IMG/VR virus record: IMGVR_UViG_3300031857_000047
Location: 1-64,000 of that record
Strand: one strand, 5' to 3'
DNA length: 64,000 nucleotides
Origin: a virus
Shown here: one piece after another, positions 37,236 through 46,110 of the stretch
How the letters are laid out: each line of letters opens with the position of its first letter
Numbering within the stretch: the first letter of the stretch is position 1
Notes under the pieces: generated by a model
Told to the model about the DNA's origin: nothing
Database searches by the model: none
The model's input: only the letters and a program-made list of their open reading frames with translations
Position numbers and translations under genes: made by a program

Positions 37236-40200
37236 TTAAATTTCTCCTGTATTCTTAATACGCAATGGAATGTAAATAAATTCTACCGCTTTTACTGGCT
37301 CAATAGCAATATCTACCCATAGCTCGTTGCGATCGACTCTTGCATTTGTGTTATTAGACTCGTCGCAAACTACTGCGAAGTCATATAGAGCACGTAAGCC
37401 TACCAACTCGATCAATAGACTCTCAACAGCGCCTTTAATCTCGTCTCGTGTAATCTTGTCATTTGGTTCAAAGATATAAGGACGAGCAAGTTTAGTCAAC
37501 TGACTACGTAGATATACTGTTAAACGTGCTACGTTAATACGATCTAATGCTGATGCATTTCTTGCACGAGTCTTTTGACCGTACGCAACTAGACCAACTC
37601 CAACAAAGAATGGAATTGGATTAACTTTTAGATCATACAATGTATCGCGTTGACCTTCGTTCAATGCCACTGACTGGAATTCACCAGTTGCTGCATCAAT
37701 GTAGCCAACGCCTGTTGCATTGGTAATACCACCACGTCTTGTACCTGCTGGTGCAAACCATGGATAGCTAACTTGGTCGCTTAGAGCGATTGTACGCAAC
37801 ATCATGTGTGTTGCTGGAACAACTGCGTTAGCACCGCCCAAGTCTGTGGTAAATCCGTTTGGATACCAAACTGCTGAATACTCGTCATAGCTAACAATAC
37901 CTGTATCACCGTTGTCTAGTGCTCCGTTAGCATTAGTGCCCCAAGCTGTTAGGCTTGTTGCATCCGATGGTAATCGTAATGGTGTATCACCTAGAACAAA
38001 CGCTGTCATGCCGCGATCTAAGTTCAAGTTGATCAAGTTGCTGTATGCTTCTGGATATCCAGGGCAAGCAATTAGGTTAAAGTTTCTACGCTCTTCGTCA
38101 CGGATTTCTGAACTTGTATCGATAACGCTCTTTAGTTTTTGTACAACTAGAGCACGTTGAGCTTTACGACCAAATGATCCTGAACCGTCTTCGTTATTTG
38201 GAGAAGCTGTAATCCAACGATCAGTTGCATAAGCACTTTGTCCGTCACCAATTACTGGACTATTGCCGGCATCGTTATAAAATGCTTCGTAGCGGACGTT
38301 CTTAGCTGCTGTATCGATGTAGCTGTTAGCATAACGTTTAACGTTGCCACCACTTCTACGTAGGTTCCATAACAACATACCTTTTGGATATAGTGCTGGA
38401 TCTGGACAGTCAAAGTCTACATAGTTACTGCTTAACAAGTCTTTAATCGTTGCTGCTGTATTACCGGTTGCACCACTTGCACCATAACGTGCATCGGCAA
38501 ATAGAACACCGTCTTCTGTAGTTTGATCTGTTTTGTCAACTAAAACCCATTCTAAATTTAATCCATCATAGCGATAGATAGTTGGAAAGTTTTCTAAATC
38601 TGCTGTACTAATCCAAAGATCGCCGTTGGCTAAATTACTGCCGCCACTTTGTTTTGTTGGCTCGCTGGCTGCAACAATAGGACCATTAACATCAGTTCCT
38701 GTATAAGGACTTGATGCATCTTTGTATCCAACCCAAATTTCGCCGTTGTGGACCATCATGTCAACTTGATCAAACGCTGGGTTATACCACAATTGACCAT
38801 CTTGTGGTTCTGCCAACGGAGTGGATGCTGTAGCATTATAATCGTCGGCAGCTAACGGAATCCAGTTAGTTGCTACAAAAGTTTCTGTTGCTCCAGTACC
38901 TACTGCATATAAATTTTGTGTACCGTCACCTGTGTCGATATCATATGCTGCAAATACACTAGTAATTGGATTAAAGGTACCGTCTGTGAAGCGCATATCA
39001 CCACCTTGTTTGTGATAAATTTGTACTTCGTTATCGGCAGTAACCGCAGCTTCAACATTTGTTAGTCCGGCTGCATTAATTTCAGTTGCTAGTGTTTCAG
39101 CATCAGTAGAATTTCCAAGAGCTGAGAAAGAAACAGTGACAGGAGCATATGCAGGAGTAGGCAATGCGCCATTTGATGTTCCTAATGTTACTCTACCTTT
39201 TAATGATTCTGCAATCGTAAACGTGTTTTGACCAACGCTAAATGTTCCGGAACCAATGACATCGGAAGTAATTACAGTATTTCCTGTAGTTGCTCTCTTC
39301 CATAGTCTAAAGGATGTAGTTTCTGGAGTAGCATCGATAGAAGAATTTTCAGTGCTATTACTTTGAACAAACAGGCTGTTTGCAGCGATTCCAACGCCTC
39401 CACCACTACGATCTAAGTAGTAAAGGGCTGCATGTGTGCTAGAATAGATAGGAGCTGAATATTCAACCCATGTCTTAGTTGCTGCATTCCAACGCTTGAC
39501 AATCCAACGAGCACCATAGTTAGGCTCAGTTGTTTTGATCCATACAGAACCTGTAGGGCGTGGCTTAGTGTTTGTTGATTTCCACTCCGGAACACTTGTG
39601 TGTGGAGTTTGTTGCAATGCTGGACTGAAATAAGTACCAATTGCTAGACCTAACTCAGTTAGTGCTGTTGCAGAATTTGTACCACCACCTGCAATAATAA
39701 TAGCATCTGAATTTGTTGAATCATCAGATGCTGATAAATTACCGCTATCAGAATGCAAATATAATCTGTTATTGCTTACGACTGCTTGAACACCGTCTAC
39801 TGCTAATGTAATATTGTTAGCTAATGTTGTAAGATTTGAAACAACAGTTATCAGTGTGCCGTTAATATAAAAAGTATTAGAAGGTGTTAATGTGCCAACA
39901 GTAGTTGCTCCGCTGACTGTAGGATGGCTTTGTGCCCAGTCGTTGCTACCAACTTCTACCCAGGTGTCGCCGCCTAACAATGTAGTGTTTCTCTTGTAAT
40001 AAATTACAACTGGCTCTTTAAACAAGCTAAATCCAGCTTCGCCGGTATTGCCGATAGTTTGTGCAACCACCGCATAATCACCAATGGAGCCTACTGAATC
40101 TTTTGGTTTCCGTGTGCCTGAATCAATTTTTACTGTATCGTCATCAGTTAATACCAATGGAGTTTTTACTGCAAACTTCTGGCCGCCTGTTGTGGTAGCT

Positions 40201-40658
40201 GCTGCGCCATTCCACTCTTGGATACCCCAGGATGTTGCTCTTGTATCAAACCACCATGCGCCATCTGCTGGCTCTGCTCCCGGGGCGGTTGTTTGACCTT
40301 CAAGTTCGTCTAGATTGACATCAGCACGAACAATGAATGCTGCGTTAGATACACCCAAGAAGCTATATGCTGCTAGTAAACCATATTCGTTTCTTTCGCC
40401 ACCATGTATAGGGCTCGAAGACGCTGTCTTCTCAAAGAAAGGAACACCGTAAGTGTCAACAAGTTCTCGTTGACTAGTGATCTTAAATGCTTTGCCGGTG
40501 TTAGCCGGTGTTGTTCCTGCGGCAGTACCTGTACCTGCTGCATTAGATTTGTTTTCTGCGGTTGCAATTACAATAAGAGGAGTCGTACCAGGTTCTGCTG
40601 GTGTGTAAAAACTCTCATCAATTACTGTAACTTGTACGCCGGGTGATATTAGTGCCAT
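37236..40658 (-). CDS. 18: Contractile tail sheath protein (gp18-like), 1140 aa
   Basis: SPGVQVTVIDES N-terminus; PWFAPAG..RG, DRINVARL, FEPND, PVKAVEFI. Confidence 0.93.
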   Translation of the reverse strand: MALISPGVQVTVIDESFYTPAEPGTTPLIVIATAENKSNAAGTGTAAGTTPANTGKAFKITSQRELVDTYGVPFFEKTASSSPIHGGERNEYGLLAAYSFLGVSNAAFIVRADVNLDELEGQTTAPGAEPADGAWWFDTRATSWGIQEWNGAAATTTGGQKFAVKTPLVLTDDDTVKIDSGTRKPKDSVGSIGDYAVVAQTIGNTGEAGFSLFKEPVVIYYKRNTTLLGGDTWVEVGSNDWAQSHPTVSGATTVGTLTPSNTFYINGTLITVVSNLTTLANNITLAVDGVQAVVSNNRLYLHSDSGNLSASDDSTNSDAIIIAGGGTNSATALTELGLAIGTYFSPALQQTPHTSVPEWKSTNTKPRPTGSVWIKTTEPNYGARWIVKRWNAATKTWVEYSAPIYSSTHAALYYLDRSGGGVGIAANSLFVQSNSTENSSIDATPETTSFRLWKRATTGNTVITSDVIGSGTFSVGQNTFTIAESLKGRVTLGTSNGALPTPAYAPVTVSFSALGNSTDAETLATEINAAGLTNVEAAVTADNEVQIYHKQGGDMRFTDGTFNPITSVFAAYDIDTGDGTQNLYAVGTGATETFVATNWIPLAADDYNATASTPLAEPQDGQLWYNPAFDQVDMMVHNGEIWVGYKDASSPYTGTDVNGPIVAASEPTKQSGGSNLANGDLWISTADLENFPTIYRYDGLNLEWVLVDKTDQTTEDGVLFADARYGASGATGNTAATIKDLLSSNYVDFDCPDPALYPKGMLLWNLRRSGGNVKRYANSYIDTAAKNVRYEAFYNDAGNSPVIGDGQSAYATDRWITASPNNEDGSGSFGRKAQRALVVQKLKSVIDTSSEIRDEERRNFNLIACPGYPEAYSNLINLNLDRGMTAFVLGDTPLRLPSDATSLTAWGTNANGALDNGDTGIVSYDEYSAVWYPNGFTTDLGGANAVVPATHMMLRTIALSDQVSYPWFAPAGTRRGGITNATGVGYIDAATGEFQSVALNEGQRDTLYDLKVNPIPFFVGVGLVAYGQKTRARNASALDRINVARLTVYLRSQLTKLARPYIFEPNDKITRDEIKGAVESLLIELVGLRALYDFAVVCDESNNTNARVDRNELWVDIAIEPVKAVEFIYIPLRIKNTGEI

Positions 40659-40689
40659 TCCCTATTCTCCTGGTAATAGTTGCTCATAT

Positions 40690-40711
40690 TATTTAGCGGT
40701 ATCCGCTAAAA
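40690..40711. promoter_or_regulatory. TAAATA promoter of the sheath operon within a 9-bp inverted repeat
   Basis: atttagcgg-tat-ccgctaaat. Confidence 0.5.
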
Positions 40712-40762
40712 TTGGTACGTTATACCTAGAAGAAAAGGGGTTGAAAAGGTGTAAATAGATAT

Positions 40763-41098
40763 ATGAGACCACTTTGTAGGTGCGGACAACGACCCCGTGC
40801 TGTTAATTATAAAAAGAATGACAAGATTTACTATCGTAGTCTATGTGAAATCTGCATGTCGCACGGAGTTAATCATGGAATACCCCGCTGGGCTAGAGCA
40901 GGGTATAGGATAAAATCACAATGTGATAAATGCGGTTTTAAATCAATGCATTCTGAAGTTTTTAGAGTATTTCACGTTGACGGTGATCTCAACAATTGTA
41001 GGCACAGCAATCTAAAAACTGTCTGTGTCAACTGTGCTACTGTGTTAGGCAAGGACGGAATAATGTGGCGGCAAGGGGATCTCGTCGCCGATTACTAG
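40763..41098 (+). CDS. Zinc-finger/HNH-like protein
   Basis: Several CxxC pairs; HVDGD..N...SNL...CVNC; TAAATA 5 nt upstream. Confidence 0.7.
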   Translation: MRPLCRCGQRPRAVNYKKNDKIYYRSLCEICMSHGVNHGIPRWARAGYRIKSQCDKCGFKSMHSEVFRVFHVDGDLNNCRHSNLKTVCVNCATVLGKDGIMWRQGDLVADY

Positions 41099-41701
41099 GC
41101 CTTTTGATCGATCATATAATTCATCAATAGATCCGTTGTTATCTATAATTCCATCAAATTTACAACCAATCCATGCCCACTCGCTGGCATGGATCTTTTT
41201 CATTTTCATAGAATTTAATCCAACGTTGTTGCCTTGATTTGCGCTAAGGGCGTCTTCATACCATGCGGGTAGATCACCTCGCTGCACCCAATAAATTTTT
41301 CCACCTGCTTTTTTAATAGCTTCAATTTCGTTAGGAAAACGACAATCACTAATTACCACATGATCTTTACTATTGCGTATTTTGTTTTCTAAACTGGCAA
41401 TCCAGATATCATCATGAAATGCTTTACGGCAAACTTCTGTACCCCAATATTGTAATACCCATCTAGGAGTTAATGTAGGCATGTCTAATCGTTCAGCCCA
41501 CCAAGTATCAACTTGCTCTCGCCATTCGCGAGCTTCTTTAGTGCGCCCTTCTAACATGGTTCTGTCCCAGCCGAATACATGGGCAACAGCATCTTTTAGT
41601 GTTGATGCAAAACTTTCTCTTCTAAATTCGTGGAAGTTAACTAGATAGTCAGCGACTGTGTCCTTGCCGCTGCCAATAAATCCGCATATTCCTATAATCA
41701 T
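41045..41701 (-). CDS. Deoxynucleoside monophosphate kinase (T4 gp1-like)
   Basis: GFIGSGKDT, LQYWGTE, ISDCRFPNE, HASE. Confidence 0.9.
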   Translation of the reverse strand: MIIGICGFIGSGKDTVADYLVNFHEFRRESFASTLKDAVAHVFGWDRTMLEGRTKEAREWREQVDTWWAERLDMPTLTPRWVLQYWGTEVCRKAFHDDIWIASLENKIRNSKDHVVISDCRFPNEIEAIKKAGGKIYWVQRGDLPAWYEDALSANQGNNVGLNSMKMKKIHASEWAWIGCKFDGIIDNNGSIDELYDRSKGLVIGDEIPLPPHYSVLA

Positions 41702-41721
41702 AAATGTCTCCTATTAGATAC

Positions 41722-41750
41722 ATTATACTATAGAAAGTTTATAAGGTCAA
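41722..41750 (-). promoter_or_regulatory. Sigma70-type promoter (TTGACC-N17-TATAAT) of dNMP kinase
   Basis: Read directly; AGGAG RBS downstream. Confidence 0.75.
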
Positions 41751-41756
41751 ATAAAT

Positions 41757-42515
41757 TTAACCAATTATGAATGTGTATCCGCTGCCACCTGATACTAGCG
41801 TTTCTAGTTCTTTAGTCAATCTTTCCAAATCAGCAGTTGCTTCTGATTTCATAGCAGCGCCGTTGAGACTGCTGCCGCCTCCGGGTCCTGCAATTTGAGC
41901 AAATTTTTCACGTGCCTGTCCAAGCATCATTTTACAGTTGGCCAATGTATAGTCTTTGATCCATTGCCCTGCATAGGTATCTTCAATGATGGCAAAGTCG
42001 GGCTTAGTATTATAAACCTGTATCATGATTTCTTCAAATCCACGGGGACGCTGTAAGATTGTTAGTTTTCGACTCTGTGGATGCCAATTAAAACCAATAA
42101 ATGATCCAAACATTTTGCCTACTAGTTCCTGATACTGACTAAACAATTCATAGGTTAGTAGGCCGCCCATGTTTGTTGATGATAACAAATAGGTATTTGT
42201 ATAGGCCAAGTTGAATGGTTCAAATACAGTGCCACCAGTACCATTGCCGGTTCTTGAGCCCACTGATCGTCTAAAAATCTGTCGTACCTGCTGAACTTCT
42301 TTTGGTAGAATATAGTCGTTTTGATTTTCTTGAAGTGTCAAAAACATATAGCTTTCTTCTACAGCATTATCTGAACGTTGGCGGAAAACGCCTAGACTGC
42401 GGGTTAGGGCAGTTTCGTAGTGTATAGGATCTAGTTCTACATCAATCATGCCGTCGCCCAGCATGGTTTTACAGTAATCGTACACGCTTTGTTTGGATTG
42501 ATCAATTTGGCTCAT
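41757..42515 (-). CDS. 13: Neck protein gp13-like
   Basis: YCKTMLG...IDVEL, WIKDY..A..K..LG..R.KF...GPGG...LNG; likely start MSQID at 42515. Confidence 0.82.
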   Translation of the reverse strand: MSQIDQSKQSVYDYCKTMLGDGMIDVELDPIHYETALTRSLGVFRQRSDNAVEESYMFLTLQENQNDYILPKEVQQVRQIFRRSVGSRTGNGTGGTVFEPFNLAYTNTYLLSSTNMGGLLTYELFSQYQELVGKMFGSFIGFNWHPQSRKLTILQRPRGFEEIMIQVYNTKPDFAIIEDTYAGQWIKDYTLANCKMMLGQAREKFAQIAGPGGGSSLNGAAMKSEATADLERLTKELETLVSGGSGYTFIIG

Positions 42516-42520
42516 ACTGT

Positions 42521-42541
42521 TATTTATCGTAGCGGTAAATA
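42521..42541. promoter_or_regulatory. Back-to-back divergent TAAATA promoters for gp13 and gp14
   Basis: tattta-N9-taaata; ATGs 5 nt and 7 nt downstream on each side. Confidence 0.7.
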
Positions 42542-42548
42542 TACTACT

Positions 42549-43814
42549 ATGCCAAGACTCTCTCTTTACCGTCCCGAAAAGGGCAATGACTACAAATTTA
42601 TAGATAAAACCGCCTGGGAAATGTTCCAGGTTGGCGGTACGGATGTACTTGTTCATAAGTATATAGGGCCCGGTACAAGTTCTGAAAACACACCATCTAC
42701 TCCTAATTATACAGGAGATAGTGTAAGCAATATTCAAGACCTACTATTTTTAGAAAATAGAGACAGAAAATACGATCCCGACATTTATCAGTTGCGTGGA
42801 GTTTATAGTCTACAAGATATAGATTTTAATCTAAGCCAGTTTGGCTTGTTCCTACAAAACGACACTATTTTTATCACCTTTCACATCAATGACACTGTGG
42901 AAAAATTAGGCCGTAAAATTATTGCAGGAGATGTCATTGAACTTCCTCACTTAAAAGACGAGTATGCACTTAACGATTTACAGTTTGCGTTAAAAAGATT
43001 TTTCGTCATAGAAGAAGTTAGCCGAGCTGCTGAAGGATTTTCAGTAACTTGGTATCCACATCTTTATCGTGCAAAATGCAAACCTTTAGTTGACAGTCAA
43101 GAATTTAAAGACATTCTAGATGGTGTTGCCGGAGAAGGCAGCGATAAAACATTGCGTGATATCATGTCAACATATGAAAAAGAAATGCAGATTACACAGG
43201 CAGTTCTTGATCAAGCAGAAAGTGATGCTCCTAAAAGTGGATACGATACTACACGTCATTACATGATACAAAAAGATGATAATGGCAGGGTAGAACTTGT
43301 AGATGCATCGGGTACAATAAATCTTGCCAGTCATCAAACTCAAGCAACAGATGCCAACGGTAATTTGTTGTTTGACGACGATAACAATCCAATATATGTG
43401 GGAGCAACTGCTAGTACCATATATCAGAGTCCAGAATACAACGGTCCTATGACAGGTGACGGCGACGGTATTCCACCAAACGGTGCGCCATTTACCGCAG
43501 GAATTACATTTCCTATTACTCCGTCTATCGGGCAGTTCTGTTTAAGAACAGATTATCTACCTAAGAGATTGTTTAGATACAACGGCACTAGATGGATAAA
43601 AGTAGAGGATGTAAATCGAATGACTATGAGTAATATGGGACACGAGGATGTTATTAATGGTGGGTCACCCGACAACGTATTCTTAGACAAAGAAGTAAGA
43701 TTAACACAAAAGACTAGTTTTATTAATAACAATGCTGAGGCCAATGTTAACGGGCACACAATTAAAGAGAAGCAAAGCCTTAGTAAGGCGCTTAGACCAA
43801 AGGCGGACGAGTAA
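42549..43814 (+). CDS. Neck/head-closure protein gp14-like with C-terminal extension
   Basis: DLLFLENRDRKY, LSQFGL, GDVIELP; likely start MPRLS at 42549. Confidence 0.65.
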   Translation: MPRLSLYRPEKGNDYKFIDKTAWEMFQVGGTDVLVHKYIGPGTSSENTPSTPNYTGDSVSNIQDLLFLENRDRKYDPDIYQLRGVYSLQDIDFNLSQFGLFLQNDTIFITFHINDTVEKLGRKIIAGDVIELPHLKDEYALNDLQFALKRFFVIEEVSRAAEGFSVTWYPHLYRAKCKPLVDSQEFKDILDGVAGEGSDKTLRDIMSTYEKEMQITQAVLDQAESDAPKSGYDTTRHYMIQKDDNGRVELVDASGTINLASHQTQATDANGNLLFDDDNNPIYVGATASTIYQSPEYNGPMTGDGDGIPPNGAPFTAGITFPITPSIGQFCLRTDYLPKRLFRYNGTRWIKVEDVNRMTMSNMGHEDVINGGSPDNVFLDKEVRLTQKTSFINNNAEANVNGHTIKEKQSLSKALRPKADE

Positions 43815-45454
43815 TGGATTATTTTTATGATGGGCAGATAAGACGATATGTCACACAATTCATGCGTGTGTTCATAGGTTTCAAATATAAAACTGGCGAC
43901 GGAACTATACGCCATGTGCCAGTGATGTATGGCGACATGACTAGACAAGTGGCTGCTATTATCAAAGAAAATTCAGAAAATAAAATGTCCACTGTGCCTA
44001 AAATTGCTTGCTATATTAGTGGATTAGAAATGGATACTAGTAGACTAGCTGATGCTAGTTTTGTCAGCAAGTTAAATATCAGTGAACGTGCTTGGACTGA
44101 AGAAAACGGAGAAGTTGGTTATAAAAACTACCAAGGTGCAGGCTATACCGTTGAAAGACTAATGCCCACTCCGTTTAAATTATCTATGAAAGCAGATATA
44201 TGGACTTCAAACACTGATCAGAAACTTCAACTAATGGAACAGATACTGGTGTTGTTTAATCCCAGTTTAGAAATTCAAACTACGGACAACTACATTGACT
44301 GGACCAGTCTCAGTGTTATAGATCTTTCAACTCTTAATTTCAGTTCAAGAACAATACCACAAGGCAACGAAAGCGAAATAGATATTTGTTCAATAGAATT
44401 TAAAATGCCTATCTATATTAGTCCACCTGCCAAAGTTAAGAAACTTGGAGTTATTAGAAACATTGTTGCCAACGTGTTTGGCGAAACAGGCGACATATTA
44501 TCACTAGATGATTTAATCTATGCCGGCACAGGCAACACAATTCATACTAGAAATGTCAACGGGCGTTTTAGAGTTCTATTATTAAAGAGCAATAATGATC
44601 AAGACAATGATTTTGATGTTTCTATTGTTTCTCCTAATGAAGTTATAATAGCTAACAAATTAGAACCTCCTACAAAGACTGGAGAACTAGTTGATTGGAA
44701 TACCGTTATAAACATGTACGGTGGATATATTTCTGGGATCAGTAAAATATTCTTTTTGCAAGCTGACGGTAATGAGTTAGGTGGTACATTTGTAGTAAAC
44801 GAACTAGATCCTACTCGATTGCTCGTTAGCCTAGAAGATCGACCATCTAATACTGTATTATACAGCTCAGTATATCCTAGTGGAAGAACCACCGTTGATG
44901 CTATTGTTGATCCCTACAAGTTCAATCCTAAAAGACCCAATAAAGAATCGTCTGATCAAGCTATCGTAGCAGGTGTAAGATATTTGGTGCTCGACGATGT
45001 TAATCCTAGTACATCAGTTGGTACCGTTGTTAAAAATCCACCGTTTAATCCACAGTTTACATATGATGGTCCAGATGCATGGAAAAATTTAAACGGTAGC
45101 GATCCAGTTATTGCAGCTAACAGTATTATAGAGTGGAGTGGTACTGAATGGGTCAATCTAATGCTTACATGGGTTGTTTCAAATCCCTTGCCTTCTCAAT
45201 ATTCATTAATTGCATATAGTCTAAACCAAATTGTGATATACGACGGTGTTGCCTATCGTGCCACAGCCAATATAACTCAAGAAGAAAATACAGCTATTCC
45301 TTCGGATAACGATAAATTTTTAGAAATCAGCATTCTTTTCCAAAATTTAAAAACTGGTATCCAATATCGTTGGGGAGCCGACGGACAATGGATGAAGAGT
45401 TTTGAAGGCGAATATGCGTCAGGATACTGGAGACTTGATCTGGATCCGCAATAA
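43814..45454 (+). CDS. Tail terminator gp15-like with C-terminal extension
   Basis: YFYDGQIRRY, VPVMYG, PTPF.L....IW......QL.EQIL..FNP. Confidence 0.75.
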   Translation: MDYFYDGQIRRYVTQFMRVFIGFKYKTGDGTIRHVPVMYGDMTRQVAAIIKENSENKMSTVPKIACYISGLEMDTSRLADASFVSKLNISERAWTEENGEVGYKNYQGAGYTVERLMPTPFKLSMKADIWTSNTDQKLQLMEQILVLFNPSLEIQTTDNYIDWTSLSVIDLSTLNFSSRTIPQGNESEIDICSIEFKMPIYISPPAKVKKLGVIRNIVANVFGETGDILSLDDLIYAGTGNTIHTRNVNGRFRVLLLKSNNDQDNDFDVSIVSPNEVIIANKLEPPTKTGELVDWNTVINMYGGYISGISKIFFLQADGNELGGTFVVNELDPTRLLVSLEDRPSNTVLYSSVYPSGRTTVDAIVDPYKFNPKRPNKESSDQAIVAGVRYLVLDDVNPSTSVGTVVKNPPFNPQFTYDGPDAWKNLNGSDPVIAANSIIEWSGTEWVNLMLTWVVSNPLPSQYSLIAYSLNQIVIYDGVAYRATANITQEENTAIPSDNDKFLEISILFQNLKTGIQYRWGADGQWMKSFEGEYASGYWRLDLDPQ

Positions 45455-45461
45455 GTAATAG

Positions 45462-45854
45462 ATGCAACAACGTGCTGGGTTATTATTTCTCGCTAAAAAT
45501 ACAAATAGACTGCTGTTGATCTTAGAGGATCAAAAGTGGACTGTGCCCACATTTCCTAGACAGGCTTCATTGTTAGAGGACGCTCAAGAATTATTAGATG
45601 CATATTCTATAGGAAGAATATTACCTATAGAATTATATCTTAGTGAGGATCGAGGGTTTGAATACGGTACATATGTTTGTCTAACTGATAGTGAGTTTTT
45701 AACTTCTGCCAGTCAAACTATTTGTTGGGCAAGTTTTGAATGCCTGCCAAAAAACTTGCATGGTGGACTGAAAACCACCTTAAATAATCCGCTGATAAGA
45801 GCAAAAATTGATACTATAATGGTGCTAGAAAATGATTCCAAAAATACAAAATAG
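45462..45854 (+). CDS. Degenerate Nudix-fold protein
   Basis: AGLLF...LLLI...WTVP...W......P..LH.G outline, without an intact Nudix box. Confidence 0.5.
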   Translation: MQQRAGLLFLAKNTNRLLLILEDQKWTVPTFPRQASLLEDAQELLDAYSIGRILPIELYLSEDRGFEYGTYVCLTDSEFLTSASQTICWASFECLPKNLHGGLKTTLNNPLIRAKIDTIMVLENDSKNTK

Positions 45855-46110
45855 TCAACGTTTTACAGACGACTATAAAAATTATCAAGAACGGATTATT
45901 AAAATATCCGACCCGATTGCACAAAAAGAATTAATTAATCTATTGGTGCAGTTAAAAGAACAAGTTTCTTACATTGATCGTAGTCACGAAAGTATGTTTA
46001 TTACTGGAAGAATAAACAGTGAAGTTTCTGATCTACGATCAAATTTGATGACAATCAAAAAATCTTTAGATCAGAAACTTACTCACTGGGAACGCATCAA
46101 GCAAAATTAA
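45832..46110 (+). CDS. Hypothetical coiled-coil protein
   Basis: 92-aa helical ORF. Confidence 0.6.
   Translation: MIPKIQNSQRFTDDYKNYQERIIKISDPIAQKELINLLVQLKEQVSYIDRSHESMFITGRINSEVSDLRSNLMTIKKSLDQKLTHWERIKQN

Noticed and set aside
42516-42737. N-terminal extensions given in the ORF track for the gp13-like and gp14-like genes (also 31009, 13747, 20625, 8872, 24837)
   Set aside because: They overlap neighbouring genes; internal ATGs fit the promoter motif or translational coupling better
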